Virus record (IMG/VR): IMGVR_UViG_3300028591_000172
Direction: 5' to 3' (one strand)
Length of the DNA stretch: 64,000 nucleotides
Source of the DNA: an uncultured virus (IMG/VR IMGVR_UViG_3300028591_000172)
Taxonomy: Duplodnaviria; Heunggongvirae; Uroviricota; Caudoviricetes
In this document: positions 11,024 through 19,565 of the stretch, piece by piece
Position numbering within the stretch: the stretch's first letter is position 1
Layout of the letters: every line of letters begins with the position of its first letter
Notes under the pieces: model-generated
What the model was told of the DNA's origin: nothing
The model's input: only the letters and a program-made list of their open reading frames with translations
Database searches by the model: none
Translations under genes and position numbers: made by a program

Positions 11024-11632
11024 ATGGGGATTAAAATTGGAAACCTAAATCTAGGCTCCGCTTTTGTTGGTAATAAAGCCATACAAAAGATTTATATTGG
11101 CAATGATTTAAAATGGTCTGCTGAAGAAGATTTATTTGATTTATATTTAAGACACGAATTAGTTTCTGTTTCTGCCAAGCAATTAGGGAATATTACAAAA
11201 ATAGGAAGTGGTGCTTTCTATAATCAAACTACCCTAGTAGAAATTGAAATACCAAATACGGTTGTTTTGATAGACAAACACGCTTTTTATGGTTGTTCTT
11301 CCTTAACTTCGGTTACCATTCCTAATAATGTAACCTCAATTGGTGGCTATGCTTTCTCTAATTGTACATCTTTAATTTCAGTAACAATCCCTGATGGTAT
11401 CACTTCTATTGAAGAAAGTACTTTTGGTTGGTGTTCCTCACTCACATCTGTTGTCATACCCGCTAGTGTCACTTCAATTGGTCAACTTGCTTTTACATAT
11501 TGTACATCTCTCAACTCTATTACTTATAAATCAACAATGAATGACTGGAATAACATAACATTAGGAACTAACTGGCGGAGCAATTCTTCATTAACAACAG
11601 TCATTTGTACGGACGGAACGATTACTTTATAA
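11024..11632 (+). CDS. BspA-type leucine-rich repeat (LRR_5) protein
   Basis: Repeated IPxxVTSIGxxAFxxCxSLxSV units. Confidence 0.9.
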   Translation: MGIKIGNLNLGSAFVGNKAIQKIYIGNDLKWSAEEDLFDLYLRHELVSVSAKQLGNITKIGSGAFYNQTTLVEIEIPNTVVLIDKHAFYGCSSLTSVTIPNNVTSIGGYAFSNCTSLISVTIPDGITSIEESTFGWCSSLTSVVIPASVTSIGQLAFTYCTSLNSITYKSTMNDWNNITLGTNWRSNSSLTTVICTDGTITL

Positions 11633-11642
11633 GAGGTTCTTT

Positions 11643-12467
11643 ATGGCATTAAATCTATTTCAAAAATTAGTTCAAAAAAATCCAATAGACAGCGGGTGTA
11701 TAACATCTGACATTTTATCTTCTTTAGAAGTAATAGGTGACCATTGTTTTTATGTGCTTAGCGACGACTTTTTTCCAATAAAAGTATCTAACGTTGCTTT
11801 CAATAACAATTTAAGGGAATTAAAATACATCTCTGTATCTCCTGAATTCACACAATCAATAGTAATAGGTGAAAACGTTACAAAAATTGCGAATTTTACT
11901 ATGATGTTGTCAGGTTATGTTTCAGGAACAGATTACACCATAACGTTCAATTATTACGCAACGAACGCTGAAGATAATAACGTTGTAGGAGCAATTGCGG
12001 TACCTTGCTTTACAGGACAAAACAAAAGTAATAGCCAACAACAAGTAAATTTAACAGTTAACATAAACATAAAATCAACAGTGAGGACATTGCCAAACAA
12101 TGCGTTTTATTCACTTAACGGAGGCTCTATTTTTGTAACTTCAACGTGTAACATAAATATAGAAGAAGGATTGACAACATTAGGAGACAATGCTTTCCCT
12201 GTCACAGATTTAATTTTCCCTTCAACACTAATTACAATAAAAGGTGCGATAGATAGAGGAAACGTAAGTGGTCACACTTATACATTCAAAACACCTTCAG
12301 GAGTTGCGATGACACTTCCTACGGCTGGAAATGGCTCTGGAATGTTTTATAACAAAACAGCAAAAACAATGACCATTTATACTGATAATGAAACAATAAA
12401 AAATTATAACTGGTCAGCAGACAACGTAACACCAACGTTTTACCACTTAGATGGTACCGCTTGGTAA
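11643..12467 (+). CDS. Degenerate BspA-type LRR protein
   Basis: IGENVTKI, TVRTLPNNAF and EGLTTLGDNAF repeats. Confidence 0.65.
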   Translation: MALNLFQKLVQKNPIDSGCITSDILSSLEVIGDHCFYVLSDDFFPIKVSNVAFNNNLRELKYISVSPEFTQSIVIGENVTKIANFTMMLSGYVSGTDYTITFNYYATNAEDNNVVGAIAVPCFTGQNKSNSQQQVNLTVNINIKSTVRTLPNNAFYSLNGGSIFVTSTCNINIEEGLTTLGDNAFPVTDLIFPSTLITIKGAIDRGNVSGHTYTFKTPSGVAMTLPTAGNGSGMFYNKTAKTMTIYTDNETIKNYNWSADNVTPTFYHLDGTAW

Positions 12468-12477
12468 GGAGAACAAT

Positions 12478-13035
12478 ATGAATATTATTAAAGCAAACGA
12501 AAAAGAACTATACGAAGGTGTTACTCAAGCAATTTTAAGCCAAACAGATTACGCTATGTATTGCGTTTACGACAAACCATATGTAGTAACTGGTTGTGAA
12601 ATACCTCCGAACTACGAATATATAAAAGAACACAACATTGAAGTTCTTGATATTCCTACAATGGGAGGAACAATTGTTGTGGGAGAAGGAGATTTGGGTT
12701 TTGGTCTAACTTCTTCTGACATTAACAAAACTAATGGATTTCTCGAAAAAGCAAAAAACAATTTGCTCGCTTTAATTAAAAAGCACGGGTATGAAGCCAC
12801 AACAGACAACAATGACATATTAATTGACGGCTATAAAGTTGCTTCATATTGTTCAAAAAGATGTGGCAACGTTTATTTTGGAGTATTTCAAGTTTCAATG
12901 AACGTGGACTTAAATCTTATTAACAACATTTCAAATAAAGAGATGGTTAAAGTTCCAAAAAGTTTGTCTTCTTATGGACTTACTAGCCTAGAAATCGAAA
13001 AAGAGGTTGTTTTAAAAACAGCAGCGGAGTTCTAA
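12478..13035 (+). CDS. Lipoate-protein ligase/transferase family (BPL/LplA/LipB) catalytic domain
   Basis: GGTIVVGEGDL and NDILIDGYKVAS match the GGxVxHDxG and NDxxxxGxK motifs; ATG 12478 follows AAGGAG. Confidence 0.7.
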   Translation: MNIIKANEKELYEGVTQAILSQTDYAMYCVYDKPYVVTGCEIPPNYEYIKEHNIEVLDIPTMGGTIVVGEGDLGFGLTSSDINKTNGFLEKAKNNLLALIKKHGYEATTDNNDILIDGYKVASYCSKRCGNVYFGVFQVSMNVDLNLINNISNKEMVKVPKSLSSYGLTSLEIEKEVVLKTAAEF

Positions 13036-13036
13036 T

Positions 13037-14383
13037 ATGAAACTATTTAATTCAAAAGAAGACTCACTATATCTAACTAGAATGCAATGGACAAAAGTGT
13101 TCACTGCTTTTTCTATAATGATCATAGCTCTATACATAGTTGCTATGGTTGCTTCTTTGTTAGGCAGTAAATATTTCATATTGAATTACCAGAATTCACA
13201 AATGGATAGAATCCAAGAGTGGTTAGTTAACTATAATTTATATCCACTCGTTATGGATTTATTTATGACTCTAGAATTTACCATAGTTATTTCATTTGTT
13301 CTTAAAAAGATTCCTAAAATATGGTATGTTCTAGCGTTTTATACAATTCCAATGATTCTTTATTATATAATGCATTTAATCTTTGGAGAATTTCCTGATA
13401 TAATTAGAGCTACATATCCATTTTTATTTTATTTAATAATACCTATTATTCAACAATGTATAGATAATAGAAAAGATGTTTACCGTCCTAAATTTAGTTG
13501 GAAAAAATATGGATTCTGTATAGTTAGACTATTAATCGCTACAGCTATAACTTTTGTTTTACAAATAATGATTTATGTAATTAAAGATGGCACATTCACT
13601 TTAGAAAATAAAGTAATGAATTTATCAGCTCACTTTATTTACACATTAGAATATGACATTGCCCTATCAGTAATACTCTATACGATATTACTTTTATATA
13701 GGGAGAAAGGAGACAGCAAATTATGGGCGACTTCCCAGGATCATGGTGGATCTTCCCAAACATCGACGAAGCAATCGCAGAAATCGTTGCGGAAGAATCT
13801 GACGAAGACACAAAAGCGTAAGATTCGTCTACTCTACTTAAGAGTTTATCTTACACAAATATGTGCGTTCCTTCTTTTGATGGTCTTACCATTCTTGTTA
13901 GGTAAAGTATTAGAATTCCTTGTTATGTATCTAGCATTCGCTATTGCCAGATATTTATTAGGTTTTAAATACTCATTACATTACAAGAAAGAATCAATGT
14001 GCATTACTGTTGGTGTTATTGTCTTCGGTATCTTGTCACTTGCTGTCCCTTTCTTTTACGTCACATTAGTATTAGCTATAACATTAGGCGTATCGTTAGC
14101 AATTTTGTTACATCTATCTTACAAATACAAAGGAATGTTCTTATTTGCTCAGGTAGCAAAGCCGGATAAATTCGCACTTCTTTATACTTTCTTTGATGGT
14201 AACTTAGAATATAGACACGTAAAACAAATGTGTATCTATAAAGGACTTAATCAAGAAGAAACAAAATTGATATGCGAATATACTGAAGGAAATAAAATTT
14301 CTTATATTGCCTGGAAAAATAACTATTCAGTTAGAATGACAATATATAAACTAGATGAAGCAATAGCAAAGCTAACTAAATAG
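13037..14383 (+). CDS. Multi-pass membrane protein with AgrB-like region and C-terminal HTH
   Basis: About 6 N-terminal TM segments; ARYLLGFKYSLHYKKESMC resembles the AgrB R..G.H...C catalytic segment; GLNQEE...GNKISYIA...YSVR resembles a LuxR/sigma4 HTH. Confidence 0.65.
   Translation: MKLFNSKEDSLYLTRMQWTKVFTAFSIMIIALYIVAMVASLLGSKYFILNYQNSQMDRIQEWLVNYNLYPLVMDLFMTLEFTIVISFVLKKIPKIWYVLAFYTIPMILYYIMHLIFGEFPDIIRATYPFLFYLIIPIIQQCIDNRKDVYRPKFSWKKYGFCIVRLLIATAITFVLQIMIYVIKDGTFTLENKVMNLSAHFIYTLEYDIALSVILYTILLLYREKGDSKLWATSQDHGGSSQTSTKQSQKSLRKNLTKTQKRKIRLLYLRVYLTQICAFLLLMVLPFLLGKVLEFLVMYLAFAIARYLLGFKYSLHYKKESMCITVGVIVFGILSLAVPFFYVTLVLAITLGVSLAILLHLSYKYKGMFLFAQVAKPDKFALLYTFFDGNLEYRHVKQMCIYKGLNQEETKLICEYTEGNKISYIAWKNNYSVRMTIYKLDEAIAKLTK
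13723..13821 (+). CDS. Nested 32-aa peptide MGDFPGSWWIFPNIDEAIAEIVAEESDEDTKA (AgrD/AIP-like precursor)
   Basis: Own RBS (AAGGAG 13707-13712), ATG 13723, TAA 13819-13821, in a different frame from the surrounding gene; ATC/TTC/GAC/AAC codons. Confidence 0.65.
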   Translation: MGDFPGSWWIFPNIDEAIAEIVAEESDEDTKA

Positions 14384-14402
14384 CTAAACATTGCACATAT
14401 GC

Positions 14403-14430
14403 AACAGCTCGAAAGAGTTGTTTTTATTTT
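14403..14430 (+). terminator. Intrinsic terminator-like hairpin
   Basis: AACAGCTC-GAAA-GAGTTGTT followed by a T tract. Confidence 0.65.
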
Positions 14431-14488
14431 ATATTGTTCTTAGGACAGCAAGTGACACACCAACACATCACTTAAAGGAGAACATAAT

Positions 14489-14866
14489 ATGCCATACGAT
14501 CAATTCGGAAATTTTAATCCTTATAACTACGGTCAACCTAGGCAACAACAACCACAACAAAATGTTTATGCTTTTGTTAGTGGGCTAGAAGGTGCCAAGC
14601 AATATACAATACCAGCTAATCAATCTATTTTATTAATGGATAACGCGCAACCTGTGTGCTATTTAAAGCAAGCTAATGCGTTAGGCCAAACATCTCTTAA
14701 ATGTTTTAAATTAGTAGAAGTTAGCGAAGATAAACTTGTGACAAATGGCACACAAAATAGTGAAGTAACAATTTCGTTAGACAAAAACGAAGAGTTTGTC
14801 ACACTTAAAAACACAGTAAATAGCTTAATTAAACGCATAGAGAAACTTGAACCTAAAGGAGAGTAA
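14489..14866 (+). CDS. Cassette gene 1, Gln/Asn-rich hypothetical protein
   Basis: AAGGAG RBS; FVSGLEGAKQY..ILLMD motif. Confidence 0.8.
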   Translation: MPYDQFGNFNPYNYGQPRQQQPQQNVYAFVSGLEGAKQYTIPANQSILLMDNAQPVCYLKQANALGQTSLKCFKLVEVSEDKLVTNGTQNSEVTISLDKNEEFVTLKNTVNSLIKRIEKLEPKGE

Positions 14867-14871
14867 TTTAT

Positions 14872-15135
14872 ATGTCAAATCCTTTTAACACGCTTAATCC
14901 AGCCAATCCTTACAACGCTAATAACATGTCTGGATTCCGTAACGCATACCAAATGCTAACTAATTCAATGAATCCAATACAAACATTTATGCAAATGGCA
15001 CAGGGAAACCCTGCCTTACAACCAGCGATTCAAATGTTACAACAAGGCTACAATCCTCAACAAATATTCAACACTATGTGTCAACAACGTGGTATTAACC
15101 CGAATGAATTCTTAAAGAATATCACCGGGAGATAA
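14872..15135 (+). CDS. Cassette gene 2, NPQ/Met-rich small protein
   Basis: NPIQ/NPQQ repeats; MCQQRGIN. Confidence 0.8.
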   Translation: MSNPFNTLNPANPYNANNMSGFRNAYQMLTNSMNPIQTFMQMAQGNPALQPAIQMLQQGYNPQQIFNTMCQQRGINPNEFLKNITGR

Positions 15136-15155
15136 TATAGAAAGGAGAATTACCT

Positions 15156-15710
15156 ATGGAAGGAACAGGAATCGTCCCAACAATGGATATGAACCGTGGT
15201 GGTTACGGCTATGATGGTTTCGGTGCAGGTTCTGGCATTTGGTTATTCGCTATCCTCGCTTTAATGTGGGGTGGCAATGGCTTATTCGGTGGCAATGGCT
15301 TAGGTTATAGACCAGCCACAGCTGAAGATGTCAGTAATGGTTTCAACTTCTCTGAATTACAATCTGAGAACAGAGACATCCTTGCCTCTATCGAAAGAAA
15401 CAAAGCCGATATCGTTAGTGACATCCATGATGTTGCTATGGGTGTTGCTGATACCCGTGCTCATCAACAAGAATGTTGCTGCAATATCTTAAGAGCCATT
15501 GATGCAACTAACTACAACACCACTGCACAAGTTCAAAAAGTCTTAGATGCAATCTCTGCTAACAAGATCGAAGAACTCCAAGGCAAGGTCAATCAACTTG
15601 AATTAGCTCAAGCATTGAACGGCGTTGTCAGATATCCATCTGCATTCTCATACAATGCAGGCCCAAGCCCATTCTGCGCAGGCGGATGTGGCTGTAACGG
15701 AAACATTTAA
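15156..15710 (+). CDS. Cassette gene 3, Gly-rich TM and coiled-coil protein with CCC motif
   Basis: GGYGYDGFG, one TM segment, QQECCC, terminal CAGGCGC. Confidence 0.8.
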   Translation: MEGTGIVPTMDMNRGGYGYDGFGAGSGIWLFAILALMWGGNGLFGGNGLGYRPATAEDVSNGFNFSELQSENRDILASIERNKADIVSDIHDVAMGVADTRAHQQECCCNILRAIDATNYNTTAQVQKVLDAISANKIEELQGKVNQLELAQALNGVVRYPSAFSYNAGPSPFCAGGCGCNGNI

Positions 15711-15836
15711 TAGTCTATTAGACACGACATTTAGTCACCTAGCCCATAAAGCAATGTTTCATTAGACTATTTAGGTGCTTCCTAGATAGTCTTTTATTTA
15801 ATTCGTGAGAAAAAATCTCACAGAAAGGGAATTAAC

Positions 15837-16244
15837 ATGAATAACAGTTTAATTTATTTAACAACTCCATCTACTGCTACAGTTGCGGCTGATGGCGTAT
15901 TACCATTAACTACTATTGTTAGAAGACGCGGTCAATCTGTTCAACAATCTAATGATTCCGTAGTCTTAGGTGCTCCAGGTTATTATCACGTCTCAGTTAA
16001 TGCGACATTCACAGCTCCAGAAGCAGGCGATGTTACATTTGAACTTAGACAAGACAACCTTCCAGTCTCTGGTGGCACAGCATCTACCACAATCACTACA
16101 GCAACAACTGAAGTTAGAAGTCTTTCATTCGAATCTATCATCAGAGTTCCTTGCTGCGGTGCACCAGTCACATTATCAGTAGTTAACACTGGCATTGCAA
16201 TTACCACATCTAATATTTCCTTCGCAGTTGAATACCTCGGATAG
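15837..16244 (+). CDS. Cassette gene 4, BclA-C/C1q-like beta-sandwich protein
   Basis: APGYYHVSVNATF motif; all-beta pattern. Confidence 0.6.
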   Translation: MNNSLIYLTTPSTATVAADGVLPLTTIVRRRGQSVQQSNDSVVLGAPGYYHVSVNATFTAPEAGDVTFELRQDNLPVSGGTASTTITTATTEVRSLSFESIIRVPCCGAPVTLSVVNTGIAITTSNISFAVEYLG

Positions 16245-16255
16245 GAGGAATCAAT

Positions 16256-16693
16256 ATGCATAGAAAAATTTTAGAAGATGCAACGCTAGAACAAACAAAA
16301 GAATTCATTGATCGTTCATTACGCAAAGTTAAATTTGTTGATGAAGAAATGTATGAAGATTTAGAGCACGAACTTTATGTCGACGTCTATGGTTATCACT
16401 TCAATGCCTGGTTACTTAAGTGTGCGTTAGATAAGATGACTAATGAAGATGGCACTAAAGGTGGACACTGGACACTTGAAGAGACCAACTCAGTTGCTAG
16501 ACAACATGGTGTAGAATTTATACACTGCAACGAATACGACTGGAACTACGTCATGAATATGATGTATTCAGACTATTACGGCAGTGTGTCTAACGAAACA
16601 TCCACATACGTTAAGCTTGCTAAGAAATTCTTACAAGACAAAGACGCACCAGAAGGTAAAGCACTTAAGTATTATCTTGCGATGTGTGATTAA
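16256..16693 (+). CDS. Cassette gene 5, helical hypothetical protein
   Basis: HWTLEET..MNMMYSDY..FLQDKDA; AGGAGG RBS. Confidence 0.8.
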   Translation: MHRKILEDATLEQTKEFIDRSLRKVKFVDEEMYEDLEHELYVDVYGYHFNAWLLKCALDKMTNEDGTKGGHWTLEETNSVARQHGVEFIHCNEYDWNYVMNMMYSDYYGSVSNETSTYVKLAKKFLQDKDAPEGKALKYYLAMCD

Positions 16694-16705
16694 TGATGAT
16701 ACAAT
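16677..16705 (+). promoter_or_regulatory. Sigma70-type promoter
   Basis: TTGCGA-17-TACAAT with extended TG. Confidence 0.65.
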
Positions 16706-16711
16706 AAATAA

Positions 16712-16809
16712 TAGCCAACAGGACTGAGGTTGAGAAAGCTAGCTATCGTATCCCGCTGTCTGGTTAGATCGATTAAGACGGGTAAGCCTTGAAAGCTCCG
16801 TCTTTTTTT
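16712..16809 (+). ncRNA. Putative ~100-nt sRNA
   Basis: Between the promoter and terminator AAGACGG...CCGTCTT-T tract; long 5' stem TAGCCA-ACAG/CTGT-TGGTTA; no ORF. Confidence 0.5.
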
Positions 16810-16817
16810 GATATAAT
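16789..16817 (+). promoter_or_regulatory. Sigma70-type promoter inside the terminator
   Basis: TTGAAA-17-TATAAT with extended TG. Confidence 0.75.
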
Positions 16818-16823
16818 AATAAT

Positions 16824-16893
16824 ATAAAAGATGCTTCCCAGCGTCCTTATACCGCACTTTGGTTCTGCCATAACGAATGTGCGGTATTTTTTT
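16824..16893 (+). ncRNA. Putative ~70-nt sRNA
   Basis: Promoter, then ATACCGCAC...GTGCGGTAT hairpin and T tract; no ORF. Confidence 0.5.
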
Positions 16894-16902
16894 ATGAAAT
16901 GT

Positions 16903-16931
16903 TTTACATTATATAATATATTTGTTATAAT
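16903..16931 (+). promoter_or_regulatory. Operon promoter
   Basis: TTTACA-17-TATAAT with extended TG. Confidence 0.75.
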
Positions 16932-16959
16932 ATTTATGAGATAAATAGGAGGAATTGAT

Positions 16960-17112
16960 ATGCCAATAAAAGAGAATCAGTGTTGCTACGCTTGCGAACA
17001 TTGTTTTGTCGCACATGACTACGCATTAACTTGTGAATTAACTCATAAAACTGTTCGTTGGGACGACGGTATGCTTTGTAAAAACTTTAAGGAGGAAAAG
17101 GAAGATGAGTAA
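16960..17112 (+). CDS. 50-aa Cys-rich protein (not in ORF track)
   Basis: AGGAGG RBS; MPIKENQCCYACEHC...C...C. Confidence 0.7.
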   Translation: MPIKENQCCYACEHCFVAHDYALTCELTHKTVRWDDGMLCKNFKEEKEDE

Positions 17113-17491
17113 AGAATTAGAATCATTAAAAGAATTAGGTGATTATCGCATTGATGTTGATAATGCCATAGGCTATTGTATCAAAGATACTTACGAATAT
17201 AGTGTCATTGAAACCGCACTTAAAGATTATGAAGAACTATTTAAAATGTTCCCTTACGAAGAAACTACTGCTAGACAACTACTTATTGTTCTCACTCAAT
17301 TAGGCATTAAAGATAGTGATACGCTATTAAAGAAACTCAAAGCATTAGAGTTTATTAAAGATATATTAGAAATTGAAATGTTTGTCGGTGCAAACAAAAG
17401 AGTTGATTATGTATTGTATTTCAAAAATGGCAAACACGCAGTTAATCTTAATGAAGAAACATACGATTTATTTAAAGAGGTATTGCTATGA
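17105..17491 (+). CDS. Hypothetical protein (paralogue of 18790-19227)
   Basis: Shared ETxLKxYEEL, KLKAL and YDLxKEVLL blocks. Confidence 0.75.
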   Translation: MSKELESLKELGDYRIDVDNAIGYCIKDTYEYSVIETALKDYEELFKMFPYEETTARQLLIVLTQLGIKDSDTLLKKLKALEFIKDILEIEMFVGANKRVDYVLYFKNGKHAVNLNEETYDLFKEVLL

Positions 17492-18063
17492 AAGCGATAA
17501 TGATTAGCGACAAACCTAGATGGTGTGCCTTAATGATGAATGGAATTAAGAAAACCGAAGTTCGTAAAGGCACTGCACTATATAAAGCAACAAAGAAACT
17601 CATTGATGAATATGGTTATGCAGAGTTTTATGTGTATTGTACAAAAGGCAAACAAGGTATTTTCAAAGAAAGACATAATGGTTATACATTGTTAAATCAA
17701 AACAAGTGGATACAAAGTGAAATGAATGGCAAAGTCCTATTCAAGTTCCGTTGCTATAAGGTAGAAGAAATAAAACAACTTATAGGAGTTTTTTGGGTAT
17801 GGGGTGGTCACCCATACTATACAGACAATGTTAGTGAAGAGAACCTTCTTAATCGCTCTTGCCTATCAGCAACAGAATTAGAAAATTACTTAAAAGGGAA
17901 AATTGGTTATGCCATTCACATTAGCGATTTAGAAATCTTTGATAGACCAAAAGAGTTGAGCGAGTTTAGTATCAAAGTGTTTCCACATAGGAAAGACAAT
18001 TTAATGACTAGATACTTAACTCGTGCACCACAATCTTGGTGTTATGTGGAGGTGGAACAATGA
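17488..18063 (+). CDS. ASCH/PUA-like domain protein
   Basis: ISxKPRW...GIKKTEVRK, YVYCT, APQSWCY. Confidence 0.75.
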   Translation: MKAIMISDKPRWCALMMNGIKKTEVRKGTALYKATKKLIDEYGYAEFYVYCTKGKQGIFKERHNGYTLLNQNKWIQSEMNGKVLFKFRCYKVEEIKQLIGVFWVWGGHPYYTDNVSEENLLNRSCLSATELENYLKGKIGYAIHISDLEIFDRPKELSEFSIKVFPHRKDNLMTRYLTRAPQSWCYVEVEQ

Positions 18064-18425
18064 CAAAGTATATTAGAACAAAAACTGAAATAAAAAAAAT
18101 TGAAACCACATTAAACAACAAAGAACTTTTTGATTATCTAGCACAATTTGATAACTACAAAGACGACTTAATCAAAGCTGTTGATACTATTGAAGAAGCG
18201 TTTGATGAGTTTGTTGTAGCTGCACCGTATAGATTTAAGTTTCCTAAAACAGCCAGTGAAGTGAATAGAGATTTCGATGAGATGAAAGATTTCTACACAG
18301 ACAAAGATGACATCATTTATGGTGCTATTTGGACAACTGGAGAACATGGAGAACCAATTCTAAAATCAATAGCAAAGATGAAAGGCATCTTACCTAATGG
18401 TGAGATAGATTGGGAATTGTTATGA
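18060..18425 (+). CDS. Hypothetical protein
   Basis: GGAGG RBS; ATGA overlap. Confidence 0.7.
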   Translation: MTKYIRTKTEIKKIETTLNNKELFDYLAQFDNYKDDLIKAVDTIEEAFDEFVVAAPYRFKFPKTASEVNRDFDEMKDFYTDKDDIIYGAIWTTGEHGEPILKSIAKMKGILPNGEIDWELL

Positions 18426-18793
18426 TGTTACCTAAAAATACAACAAAATCGGCAATTCGCAAAAAAATAAGAATGATAAAATATGGAAATCGTTATAATG
18501 ACACACATTATTATTATTCTTTAACTAATGGTGTTGATTATAGTTTTGAAGAAATGTTAGATAATTTAAAACCATTGGCAACACCATTAAATATTCATGC
18601 TATTGAAAACGAGATTAAATTCATAAAAAGTTTAACAAAAGAGCAAATTGATAAGATAGTTAAAATAGATGAAAGCAAGGTTGATTGTGCTGTTAAAGAC
18701 CCTCGTATTTATTATTTTAAAGATTATTTAGAAAGCAAAATCCTAATTGATAAAATTATATTAGGTAAGAAAGGGGAATTGGAATTGTTATGA
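18422..18793 (+). CDS. Hypothetical protein
   Basis: ATGA-coupled ORF. Confidence 0.65.
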   Translation: MMLPKNTTKSAIRKKIRMIKYGNRYNDTHYYYSLTNGVDYSFEEMLDNLKPLATPLNIHAIENEIKFIKSLTKEQIDKIVKIDESKVDCAVKDPRIYYFKDYLESKILIDKIILGKKGELELL

Positions 18794-19227
18794 ATAAAGA
18801 ATTAACACCATTAGAGGCATGGGAAAGAATTAAGAATACGCCTACATATGATAATGGTTTGGTTAAAGATTTCCATCCAAGTTGTTGTGAAATTATTGAA
18901 ACTACTCTTAAAAATTATGAGGAACTAACAAGCAAACCTGTAATTCTGTATGAAAGATCACATGAAAGATCACAAGTACTTATTGATTACATTTGTAAAA
19001 ATTACAAAGAAGTTAAAATAACTAACCTTGAAGACGAAAATAAACTCAAAGCATTAAATATTATAAAAGATAAAAGAGTTGACGTTGGTTGGTTACTTCA
19101 TTATATCGACCTCAAAAAAGACGATTATACACCATTAAAATGGTATAACGAAAACTTACCACTCATTGACAAAGATAAAGAACTCACTCATGAGGAATAT
19201 GATTTACTTAAAGAGGTGTTGTTATGA
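18790..19227 (+). CDS. Hypothetical protein (paralogue of 17105-17491)
   Basis: Shared sequence blocks. Confidence 0.75.
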   Translation: MNKELTPLEAWERIKNTPTYDNGLVKDFHPSCCEIIETTLKNYEELTSKPVILYERSHERSQVLIDYICKNYKEVKITNLEDENKLKALNIIKDKRVDVGWLLHYIDLKKDDYTPLKWYNENLPLIDKDKELTHEEYDLLKEVLL

Positions 19228-19565
19228 TATTGCTTTTAATTAAAAAATCACAAACAAACTACTCATTACTTTCTCCAGATACTTATGGCATGGAAACTTG
19301 GGGAACGAACTCTCAAGAAACTTTGGAGAAAAAATATAAGCATTGGTATACATCTCTTTGGGTAGGAGGATATCATTCTAGTGATGACTATCTTGAAGAA
19401 CATAAATTAAGTGTAGTTTTAGAAACCACTGATATTAGCGAAATAGTTGTTTATCTTTTTAAACACAAAGCAAAATGTTTAAATGACATTCTTGATAGTT
19501 ATAAAAAAATAGTAGACGATTACATTTCTTTTATGAAATGGATGGTGAAGGAGGAATTAAAATGA
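19224..19565 (+). CDS. Hypothetical protein
   Basis: ATGA-coupled ORF. Confidence 0.65.
   Translation: MILLLIKKSQTNYSLLSPDTYGMETWGTNSQETLEKKYKHWYTSLWVGGYHSSDDYLEEHKLSVVLETTDISEIVVYLFKHKAKCLNDILDSYKKIVDDYISFMKWMVKEELK

Noticed and set aside
11024..12467. Diversity-generating retroelement targeting the LRR genes
   Set aside because: No reverse transcriptase and no TR/VR repeat pair seen in the window
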